From positions 1-62,924 of the forward strand of contig JAPETS010000074.1 of NCBI GenBank assembly GCA_026023565.1: DNA of 62,924 nucleotides. Reading direction: 5' to 3'. The notes beneath the pieces are model-generated. The model worked only from the letters and a program-made list of their open reading frames with translations. It made no database searches and was not told the DNA's origin. A program made the translations under genes and the position numbers. Every line of letters starts with the position of its first letter. Within the stretch, counting starts at the first letter, position 1. Source of the DNA: Cirrosporium novae-zelandiae (lineage: Eukaryota). Below, one piece after another: positions 10,815 to 21,000 of the stretch.

Positions 10815-12523
10815 ATGGAAAAAAGCTATGAAGTGAGGCTAGTGAAGATGACGTGTGCTATAATGTCCTAACCTGGAGATAGAATGCTATAGGGATCCTT
10901 AACAGCAGACGCCGGGAAGCGAGACCCAAATCAGAGGTATCCCCCAGATCGCGTGGAATGACTGGCTTGACCTGGATGCCAAGCTTGAATGGAGCACCCA
11001 GCTTGAGAGGAATGCCTAGCTTGGTCGGGATGAGGGAGTGGCTACAGCAACTTGGTCATTCGGTAGTGATGTGTGATTATTAATATTACTGGGACGGTAC
11101 TGATTGCAAGTATAGGATGCTGATGTCGATAGCCTAAACGTCATACATATTGCGGGCACAAAAGGGAAAGGTAGTACATGTGCTTTTGTTGAATCCTTTT
11201 TAAGGATACATGGGAACAGGACTGGCTTTCCGCGAAAGACTGGCCTATACACTTCCCCGCACCTGATATTCCCAGAAGAGAGGATCCGGATTAATTTTGA
11301 ACCACTATCCAAAGAGTTCTTTGCAAAATACTTCTTTGAAGTTTACGATAGCTTATCCCAGCAATCCTCTAAAAACGACTTTGAGAGCGCACCTCGATAT
11401 CTTCAACTCTTGGCACTGGTGTCTTTCCACACTTTCATCAGGGAAGGAGTTGATGTAGCAATATACGAAACTCATAATGGCGGTAAATATGACGCTACAA
11501 ATGTTATACAAAGGCCTGTTGTCACAGCAGTTACGCCAATCGGTGAAGATCATGTTAATCAACTTGGCCCATCAATTGAAAACATTGCTTGGCATAAGGC
11601 AGGAATTTTCAAAACTGGAGTGCCTGCATTCTCAGCCCCCCAGGAATTAGCGGTGGATAAGGTGCTACGAATTCAAGCAGCTGAGAAAGGAGTTGAGTTG
11701 AAATTCGTCAACATTGATTCTAGCCTCCCAGGTGACGCGCTGCAACTGAAACCAGAAGTCCAGCGGATGAATTGTTCTTTAGCTCATATTATCAGCGATG
11801 CTTTCTTAAGAAAAAAAGCACCAGAAGAATATTGCAGCTTAACATCACATGATATACTTCAAGGAATTGAACAATTTTCTTGGCAGGGACGATTTCAACT
11901 AATCAGGGATGGCAATAGCAACTGGTTCTTGGATGGGGCCCATAATAAACTGAGTATCAAGGAATCTGCACTGTGGTTCGCGAAAGCAAGCTCTGAAATG
12001 CGAAGGTATTTGAATCAGTCTATCGCAAGTATAATAGGTTAATATCTCTAGTAATTCTGCATCCGTCCCACGTGCTCTTATTTTCAGTCAAATTTCAGAT
12101 CAACGAAATGGGTCAGCTGTTTTAGAATGTTTGGCAAACTCCCTACAACAAAATGGTATACGGATGCAACACGTTGTCTTCACCACATACAAACAAACAC
12201 AAGACAGCACAAGAAATGGTATGGCTTATAAATATACCCGTAAGGAAACCTATCATTAACTGACCCTTTCATCAGATCAACCTTTACAAATGCTTGAGAT
12301 GCCTGACTCACTGTATACTCAATATAATGAGGTTTGGGGAAGAATTGACCCTAATGCTAAAATATCGAGAGAGCCGACTATTGATGGAGCTTTGCGGTTG
12401 GTGAAGAGAATCAGTGATCAAAATAATGGAGTACAGGTTTTGGTAACAGGAAGCCTACACCTAGTTGGTGGTGCTCTTTGTCTTTTAGCGCCAAACGCAT
12501 CCGTGGGACATGTTATACATTGA
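10815..12523 (+). CDS. Folylpolyglutamate synthase (FolC/Met7 family Mur-type ligase), divergent paralog
   Basis: Five spliced exons from ATG 10815. Motifs LNVIHIAGTKGKGSTC, GLYTSPHL, EGVDVAIYETHNGGKYDATN, IAWHKAGIFK, WQGRFQ, WFLDGAHN and VLVTGSLHLVGG. Confidence 0.92.
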
Positions 12524-12661
12524 GCGAGCTTCTCTGAGCGGAACTTGAGTCTGTTTTCTTGAAAGTATTGAAGGAAATAACATAGCCAACCGATACCTAG
12601 CGAATTAACTAATCATTTCTATGAGACCTAAGGCCTTAAAATCTTACCACCATCTCTACGC

Positions 12662-12813
12662 CAGTGAAGGGAATAGACTAGATCAGACCAGTCTGAAGGT
12701 GATTATTGCTGCGGTAACAGTCGTGAACGTCCTTACTACTGATCCGTGCCATCCCAACATAAGGTTATTTTAACCATGTCAGACCGGTCTGGTCTGGTCT
12801 ATTCCCTTCACTG
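12662..12813. mobile_element. hAT-type MITE, 152 bp
   Basis: 35-bp TIRs (CAGTGAAGGGAATAGACYAGAYCAGACCRGTCTGA, 3 transition mismatches) and a perfect 8-bp TSD CTCTACGC at 12654-12661 and 12814-12821. An 8-bp TSD with CAG ends is typical of hAT elements. Confidence 0.9.
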
Positions 12814-13507
12814 CTCTACGCATGTGCTGGCATGAATGTTAGGAACATCTTTCACTATTCTCTTTTACCAGCTAGATGATCTTCAACCCTCCCGGCACTC
12901 ACATATCATAAATACAAGACCTGATTGATGGATAATTAAGAACCGATAGCACTGATATAATGTGATTCATATGAATCTGCATTATCTTAATTTCGAATGC
13001 AAGTCTCTTGGTAAATGGGAGGGGAAAGAAGCAAACAGGATTTCAGCAAAACGACATGATTATACCCACCACTAACTATGGTCGATATATTGGTACTTAC
13101 TAAAGTGGCAGGTCACACCACAAAATAGCAAGGGCCAGAAACAGCAATCCCATCGCTATCACCTTCCCGCTATTATGAAGCCTGTAGGTACATTCGAATT
13201 CTATTCGTCTTGCTAATGAAATAGATTTTTGATACAGCGAATCGCATAATCCAGCCTTTGTTCCAATAGAGATCCTGTTCTTGTAAGAAGCCTCTATCTC
13301 TAAAACATTTGGGTCTCCCATGATAGATAAAAGGGTTTCCTTGGATCTTGGTGATAATTCTTTAAAGCTCAACTTTATCTCAAATATCCTTGGAACATTT
13401 CTATTCTGGTCCGCTCATTCTATGTCTAGTGGTTGTGAAAAAGACAAGACTGACTGCTGTAGTCAATATACACGAGTCCAACAAGAAAAGTACGCCAGCA
13501 CGCCAGT

Positions 13508-14020
13508 ATGCCGCCGTCGCAAGGGGGTCTCGTCAACACTCAGGCTCTCGCTGGAATGTATGATAACGCCGTGACAAATAAATATGAAGATGCCACCATA
13601 GAATTCTGGAATGCTCTTTTCAGTGTCACTTTTCCGCCCACAGACTGGGGTGTGGTGCCTCACAAATACCAAATATCACAAAAAAGACCAGATTTCGTCA
13701 TTCGAAGATGGTATTCTAGTGGCGGCGTTGTGGAAGTTGTTGTTGTCGAAGGAAAGCCCCAGGCGCAAACAGAAGGACAAGATGCCAAAGCGGATGATCA
13801 AGTTCTGGGATATGCTGTAACTGCGCTAAAGGAGGGCCCATCTGATCAAAAGAAGATTTACGCTATGCGGGTGGTGGGAGTATTGATTATGGTGTACGAA
13901 GTGTACAAAAACCAACCTGATCGACTTCAAAATCTACTTCAGGACTATAAGGATCCAAAAAAGGACGTAGTGGTCCTTAACGAAGTCTTTGAGCGCATCA
14001 GAACGGTAGATATGTTCTAG
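13508..14020 (+). CDS. Small intronless PD-(D/E)xK restriction-endonuclease-like protein
   Basis: 170 aa with E(DATIEFW)...KRPDFVI...VVVVEGK...DQVLGY...IYAMRVVG, matching the E / PD / ExK / QxxxY arrangement of this fold. Confidence 0.7.
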   Translation: MPPSQGGLVNTQALAGMYDNAVTNKYEDATIEFWNALFSVTFPPTDWGVVPHKYQISQKRPDFVIRRWYSSGGVVEVVVVEGKPQAQTEGQDAKADDQVLGYAVTALKEGPSDQKKIYAMRVVGVLIMVYEVYKNQPDRLQNLLQDYKDPKKDVVVLNEVFERIRTVDMF

Positions 14021-14062
14021 GGCAATGGAGCAACCAGATGAGGATGTGCCTATCTTTTTGGA

Positions 14063-14228
14063 ATAAGGTTAGGGTTAACCTTATAGTTGGAAAGGAGCCA
14101 CTCCACTCATATGAAGGTACTGTAGTAGAGTAGGGTGGAAACCCTACTTGCCTGCACAACCAGGCAACCACGGAGATGTCAAGCGAGGGTTCGTTCAACC
14201 GGAGCCCCGGGGATTTCTTTATTCCGTG
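14063..14228 (+). ncRNA. Candidate structured RNA or structured 3' UTR
   Basis: Adjacent stems ATAAGGTTA/TAACCTTAT, AGTAGGGT-GGAA-ACCCTACT, TTGCCTG/CAGGCAA, and CACGGA/TCCGTG enclosing GGGTTC/GAGCCC. No family recognised. Confidence 0.3.
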
Positions 14229-14657
14229 TTGAGTATAAAGCGCATCGGGGAAGTCTGTATTTTGAGCTTGTTTCTTGATGACATTTACTTTCTATTAGAA
14301 AATACAATCGAGAATTTCCCAAAAGTCTATTCGATGCACCCTTTCTATTATTAGATTATATAATTATTCCACCGAGAATCCTTATATTTTAAGTATTCGG
14401 CGTCTCTCCTCTACCTTGTTCTAGACATGCAAACCAACTCTTCTACAGTACTATATATAATAAATATCTTCTTTTCATAATAATAATGTCGAAGATGGTT
14501 CCGCGGAAACACCTAATATAAAGGCGGAAGGTGATAATATATAATTTACTTTAAAGTATTTACCGTGTTGTAGATAATGCCCTTAGTAGTTCATCAAGAC
14601 TAAATAGAGCATGTCACCCGCATGCGAGCCTTAGGCATTTCGATAAGGACACGTGTT

Positions 14658-14681
14658 AACTACTGGCTCAAGCCAGTAGTT
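14658..14681. other. Perfect hairpin AACTACTGGCT-CA-AGCCAGTAGTT
   Basis: 11-bp arms in the spacer between the convergent nuclease and F-box-like genes. Confidence 0.5.
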
Positions 14682-14837
14682 GGACACACGTAAAAGGGGA
14701 AATATTCGAGAAGAATCTAAAAAGGAAGTTGAAGATAATATATATACAACCATCACTTTCTTAATAGTGAGTGGAAAGATAGAGAGAAGAAGTAGATAGA
14801 GACCGCAGGTCAGTTCGTAAAGGAAATAATAGAGATA

Positions 14838-17457
14838 TTAAACCAATGTCAAGTGGAGGGCCTTGGAGTACATGTAAACTAGACAGACTGTTATGGCCAT
14901 TAGAGGTACCATATAGTCTATAAACTCAAGGAATACAAACCCAATAAATTTTATCCTCAGATTAAAAAAATCGGCCATCACAAACTTGCTATATTCTCTA
15001 TTGACGCTATAATCAAAAACCATCCGTTTTCAAAGTAATACCATCCGCCATTAAACTTAAGTATGAGAAGGATCTATCAAAAAACCAGTGCAATATTGGG
15101 TGACTCTTTATTCAAATTAGCAGGTTTACGAGACTAGCAGGCTCCTTTTTTTCAAGCAAGATTTGATAAAAGACACACTCACCTCATTAATCTGTAGGCT
15201 TTCATGGACTGAAGCTTTGCACGCCCCTACTTGGAACTTTTGAGACGTGCAGCAAAAGGTAAGACCCCGAACCTTATAACGAGTTCCGTATTCAACTGTA
15301 TAATAAACGAGGAGTCTATCCAAAATCCCGGTAAAATTATCGAAATGTAAAGTCCGAAATTCCTCCCGTGCTTGACCAAGGAGATCGGGACTCCTATTTT
15401 CGTATGATATTTTCATACCTGAAAGGTTATTTTTTTCACCAGAAGACTCGCTGTAGATTATAATCTGTCGAATAGACATCATATAAGCGCTAGAACAAAA
15501 TAATCTAGCGGGTTCAGAATAACTATCGAAATTGATACGCTTTGGTATCCATTTCACACAGTTCTCTGATAATGGCATTTTCAGGAATTGGTCTGAGTTG
15601 TTGGCTGCGTCTAAAAAGACTCCAAAGATAGAAATACAATATTTATCCATAACCTAAAACTAGTTAACTAGGAATATTTATAATAGATAAATTAATACTA
15701 ACCTTTGATGTACAGAACAATCCGTGAGAAAAAGATGAAATAGAAGACCATTCTTTTACAATTTCGTTTCCGAACAAAATCGTACGTCCCAAACTAGTGA
15801 GAAACTGCAAAAAAATAAGCGATCAAAAAACAAAATAAAGAGCTGGCTATTTACCTTTATAGAAATTCCATTGTTTTTATTGGAATTTGTTTTCGCACAG
15901 GTCAATCCGATTATATTCTCGCGTTTATCCGAATCAAGATGAAAAGATAATTTCGCCGCTGATGATAATTCATGGCCAATAGATAGAATATTGTTTGGTC
16001 CTATAACAAATTCGATTGCCGATATAGCTTCTGTCCTTTGATCGACGAATACATTAACTGCCGTTACTGCAGTAATATTGCAGTCAATAAAAGTGTATGG
16101 ATAGATACGATCTTCACCAGCGCAGTCGATAAGAATAACTGGCTTCAACTTTTGTAATGGAAGCCTTGATTGCCATATAACTGGTTGCGCTAATGATATT
16201 ATAGATTTGTTTTTTGCAAAAGCAAGTGCGCAAATTTTAATAGCCTATAAAAAATTAATAAATTAATAAATCAATATTATATAGTAATAGTAAACTTACG
16301 TCAAAAAAAAAGATGAAAGCTCCATTTTTATAGCCTAAAGGCCATTCCAGTTGAGTATACACAAATGTGCTTGAATCCATTTCTGTAATACCTCTAGGCA
16401 AAATAGGCCCCCATTTTGATTGATCTTTGATTTGGATGGCCACGAAGCCTTTGCCATTGTTAATTAGCCGTATACCACAAAAATACTTTGAAGAAACTTT
16501 GACTGTTAAATCGCCATCATAACCTAGTTTTAAATCTTCATAACAAAGACCACATAAGTAATGTTGAGTGTTGATACAGCTGAAATTAAATTCCATCTGG
16601 CATATATTCCAACTGATCATTCTTTGTTTTGAAAGTAAAGCTTTTGGATTCGAGAAAATGATATCACGTCCAGATATTGTAATATCGATATCTTTGCCAG
16701 CCAAAGAATATCGCATTTTGGAAAGTAGAAGTTTCGTATTATTTAATACCGTCGCATAGTTGGTAGCATGTGGGAAAGAAGATGGAAAATAATGAAGGTT
16801 TGTAAGTGCTTGCTTAATACTTCTGATGATCTCTGCCTTATAGGTCGGTTGTTGCATATCAACTGCCAGATATTTATGGCCTAAAGATAGCCAAATTTTA
16901 TCGCTTGGCTCGACATATATAACTTGCTGAAAGCTGCATATATCTTTATATGAATCCAAAAATAAATAAATGATTTGTATGATCTCATGCGGCATCTCAA
17001 GATAAGAACCAAGAACTTTAATCGAATTGGATTTAGTGACATCATAAGACTTGCGGTGGGGATTGTTGCCGAGGGCATCGAGGTTCTTGACAGAATTAGA
17101 GTCAATAATATTGCTGAACTCGCGGTTGAGATTGTGATCGAGGGCATCAGGTGATTGATCGAATTTAATGGAGGTCATGAATGGTTCCATATCTCGAAGA
17201 ACATGATAGAATTTATCCAGCCATCTTGCATCGATTCTAGATGTTCCTAAGACCGCAGTTACCACTATCCAGCAGGCTGCATGAACAACATTTTGGGTGC
17301 GTATATAAGTATCAGAAGGTCCGATAAGATAATTTCCTGCGTTGCTTTCATCTAGTTGCAAAGTTTGGAACCAAGATCGCCATGCTTCGACGCCTCTACC
17401 TGTATATTTTGAATCGATTGATTTTCCGCAAAGGAAACAAATGTAGCAATAACCCAT
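14838..17457 (-). CDS. Multi-exon F-box-like protein (CxxCG...HAACW N-terminus, beta-rich C-terminus)
   Basis: First exon 17457-16300 (GTAAGT donor), with further exons covering ORFs 15756-16148, 15126-15650 and 14838-15023. Motifs CFLCG, W, HAACW and F-box-like LEMPHEIIQIIYLFL. TATA-like run at ~17563-17572. Confidence 0.7.
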
Positions 17458-18135
17458 TATGGAAATAGAAAGAACAGAAATTTGTGGTGTTAAGTGTGAC
17501 GAAAGAGTTTTAGTGATATTATTTTGTGTAAGGATGTAGAATTAATTCTATCAAAGTTATACTATATATATAGCTAGGCTTGGCACGGAATAGCCCGGAA
17601 CATGAAGATAACCCTTGCAAAAAACAGTGAAGGGAATACATCAGACCGTCGGTCATATGATATCACGTAATACAGTCACATGACACAGTCCGCGCAGAGC
17701 GTGGAAAAAAATTTCATATTTCCGATTCACAATACCTTGTCTTATCTCCACGTGATAGAATAGATGACTTTTGATTCTTTATATAATATGAAAATCACAG
17801 TAGATATAAAGGCAGTCTGTGGCACGGAAATAGCCGCTGTTCTTTTTAGCTATTAGCTTAGTCTTATTCTTTGTTGCGTTAATTCTTTATGTTAATATAT
17901 CTTACGACATTTTTCGGTTTAATATTACTACTCCGCCCTAAATAATGAAGTACACAGGGATTATTAACTAAGGTTTTGAAGATCACGACCAGGGGGATTG
18001 GGACATCAGTTAATGCAGATAGATTATTCTACGGTGCTGCGTTTACTAAAATACACAAATTCAGGTCTTTTTCGCCACTTTCTCATTAACAGCAGGGTTG
18101 TCGATAGACTGTCCAAACGATAATGACTTGTATTG

Positions 18136-20611
18136 TTATATGACTCCCTTTGTAAACGTAAGACATCCATCGAAAACGAATCCTTTTTTGACTAAAAGGT
18201 CCCAAGCAGATTGATATTTCGCGCTTGTCTCTATGAGCGAAGGACGTAACCGGTAAAGAGCGTCCAAAAACTGTGTTGCGACTTTAGAGCTGCATTCAAA
18301 TGTTTGATACCTATTATTGTTTATCAGTTTATATCCAGAAAATTTTGAAGCACACATACTTGTTGGAAGTTGGTATCAAAAGTAAGATCGGTGGATTGAA
18401 TTTCTCAATCATTTTGACCCAGAATCTCCCTTGACGAACATACGCTCCTATTTTTAAACGTATTGCTTCTACCAAATCCTCATTGTTTTTCCTTTTTCTG
18501 GTTGTCAATTGCTCTTTTTCTGAAGGTGTTAAATTGCTCATGATTTCTTTAGCCCAGGTCTCTGTTATTCGTTTTCTGGCTTGCCCTTGCTGTCCAGCAG
18601 GCATTTTGGTATGAAGCATCCGGTGTGACTTTTCATTTTCTCGTGCCGTTTGCACTTTCTTGTCAATAGTCATAGCAAACCAAGCCATGCCGATACGTAT
18701 CATCGTATTTCCCTGCCAGATTTGAGTTGCACTATAACGACAAAGAGTAAAATATGCATAAGATGCAGGACACTGTGGATTTGAAGGTACAAAAGCACTA
18801 GAGTTCGACAAATTATCTATAAAGTTCTTCACTTCTGACAAAACATTCTCAGAAGCTATTTGAAGCATCATCTCCACATATATTGCAGCATTTGTGTTCC
18901 TTTTAATTTTAGTAGATTTCAATGAATCGATAAGTTCACCTTGAATAGTGAAACGGAGAGTCTCGGAAACCGATTCCCATTCATTAATGAAAATTGATGG
19001 GGAATTCTGCTGCGAAATATAGGCGTTTCCAGGTCTCCAGTTATTGACTAGGTACCACTTGCTGCATCGACTATCACAAAATATATAATCTTCGATAGTC
19101 CAGTCGAGCGCATAGTTGATGGCCTCAGCAATATTGAACGAAGCATTGAATCCTTGGTGGTAGGTATTAGGGAATGTGATAACAGCTTGACCTTGCTTTT
19201 GGTAAAGTATATGATATTCAATGCCCCAGTGCTCTAAGGTGTGAGTGGGAATATAGGTATTCAGATGACGACCAAACTAAAAAGGTTCAGTTTCAACTTT
19301 AATTGGTTAACAAAGGGATGCTTACCTGGGAACAATCAGGTTCAACCTGACCATTTTGAAACTGGTCTGACCAAATCTCTCGGAGTTTCTCTTCCAATTT
19401 TTCTTTCTGGTTTGGTGGGATAATGACCCAAGTTTTGACTCCTAGGTGAACGTAGTTGACAGAGTATAGGTTCTCATCTTCAATATGTATAGAAAATGCC
19501 GAGGCTGGCGTACCAATGTATGCGAATGGGTCATGTAAACCGGGAATTTTTTCTGTTGTCGGCTTGAGTTCATCGCCTTTCAAAGTTTTAAGACGGAACG
19601 ACAGGCCTAAATTGGTCTCAAGGTCCGGAATATCTTCAGCTGCTAAATCTACAGCATAAGGCCCCAGTGTGGTCTTCTTTGTGGTTGATGTTGATTCGAA
19701 TTCTTGCACTGTTATTTCAGTAGTCTGTGGATTATAGCCCATCGATTCAAAGGTATCTCGTCGCATTTTGTCGGTTTTTATGTAGAAAATTTCTACTCCT
19801 TCAGTATCGTGTTTTGTATAAGATGAATATGTGATTGGGAATTTTGTCTGTGGGTTCCGTGATAAAGATTCTTCGTTATCACTATTAATTCCTAGGAATT
19901 AGTACATAGAGACGAAAGAACTGTTAGGGGATCTAACAATGTGAAATGAGGCTGAACGATCAAAGCTCCAAGTTCTAGATAATCTTCTTGAAGCTGTCTG
20001 ACCATATTATCGAATTCCATCCATTGTCTCTTAGTAACTGGTAGATAATTATATTGCTTGAAAAATTCTTTTTGTTTATCTGTAATTTCTATAGAATCGA
20101 TATCCTTGAGTAGCTCTATAGATTCGTTAGATAAACGAAGTCCATTGACTGTATAAAGGTCGTGCTGTTGTTGATCAAACGTTTGTTTAGAAATTTTCTT
20201 TGGTCGTGTTCCGGTCGTACAAGGCGGGGATAAGGCACGCTTTAGACGGCGGCCAGTATTGCTTCGAACCGAACATCCTGGTGGATTAGGATTCTGATCG
20301 CGAAGTAAAGGACGACGCGGAGGAGGTTGACGGGCTCTAGTGAACGGCATTGTGTGATTTGAATTTTGGATTTCATTTCGTATACGATCCAAGACATCAA
20401 GAACACTTTGAATACTGATATTTTCAGTAAGCAGTTGCTGCAAGGTAGAAACTGCTTCTGTTTCGAACTAAATCAACAATTAGCAATATAATACGCAGTG
20501 GCTTAATACGTATCATTTAAACAACATTTTGTAAGGTTCTCATTATTTATTTACCCACTCGTGTTGAGGGTAATTGATATTGAACGATGATTTCTATGAA
20601 GCGAAGGTCAT
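18136..20611 (-). CDS. JmjC-domain histone demethylase-like protein (KDM4/JMJD2-like core) with helical C-terminal domain
   Basis: Exons (20611-20555), 20467-19938, 19881-19326, 19276-18360 and 18310-18136. Motifs IPGLHDPFAYIG..FSIHIEDENLYSVNYVHLGVKTW..CSQFGRH..QKQGQAVITFPNTYHQGFN..NIAEAINYA; Fe ligands H-x-E...H intact. The putative first exon has an in-frame TAG at codon 6, so the start may be internal or the gene recently damaged. Confidence 0.85.
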
Positions 20612-20633
20612 TCTGCCGGCATAACGGAAGGCG

Positions 20634-20685
20634 AAGGCGGTCACGGAGTTTTTTTTTACCAAAGGAAAAAACTCCGTAACCGCCT
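20634..20685. promoter_or_regulatory. 20-bp inverted repeat just upstream of the JmjC gene
   Basis: AAGGCGGTCACGGAGTTTTT ...12 nt... AAAAACTCCGTAACCGCCTT, one mismatch. Confidence 0.45.
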
Positions 20686-21000
20686 TTTATTTTCATCTTT
20701 CAACCTTTAGGTATCAGAGGTCGGGGCTTGGGGTAACCGATTTTTGGACACTTAAGTCTCGTAATTCAGTACAGATGTCACCTTCTCCATCCATTAACCG
20801 AGAACCATATTTTATAGAAGCGTCACTTTATTCTGATGATGTAAAATGTACCATTTCCAACTAAAGGTGGACCGATTCAAATTACTAGTATTGTTTCTCT
20901 ATCGTAGTATCAATGATAATTTCGTCCTCAAACGAGCCACACATATCTCTATTCTTATTTTTATTCCCGATTCCTATATCCACCGAAGACTCCTCTTTCT

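Noticed and set aside
13100..13672. Short ORFs upstream of or antisense to the nuclease as a possible antitoxin
   Set aside because: No motifs, non-ATG or doubtful starts, and mutual overlaps; probably spurious.
14035..14065. CAGATGA as a hammerhead ribozyme core
   Set aside because: It deviates from CTGANGA and has no correctly placed GAAA after a stem II.
14068..14078. TAACCCTAAC on the minus strand resembles a fungal telomerase RNA template
   Set aside because: It is buried in a local hairpin, no pseudoknot or other telomerase element was recognised, and the accessory context is unlikely.
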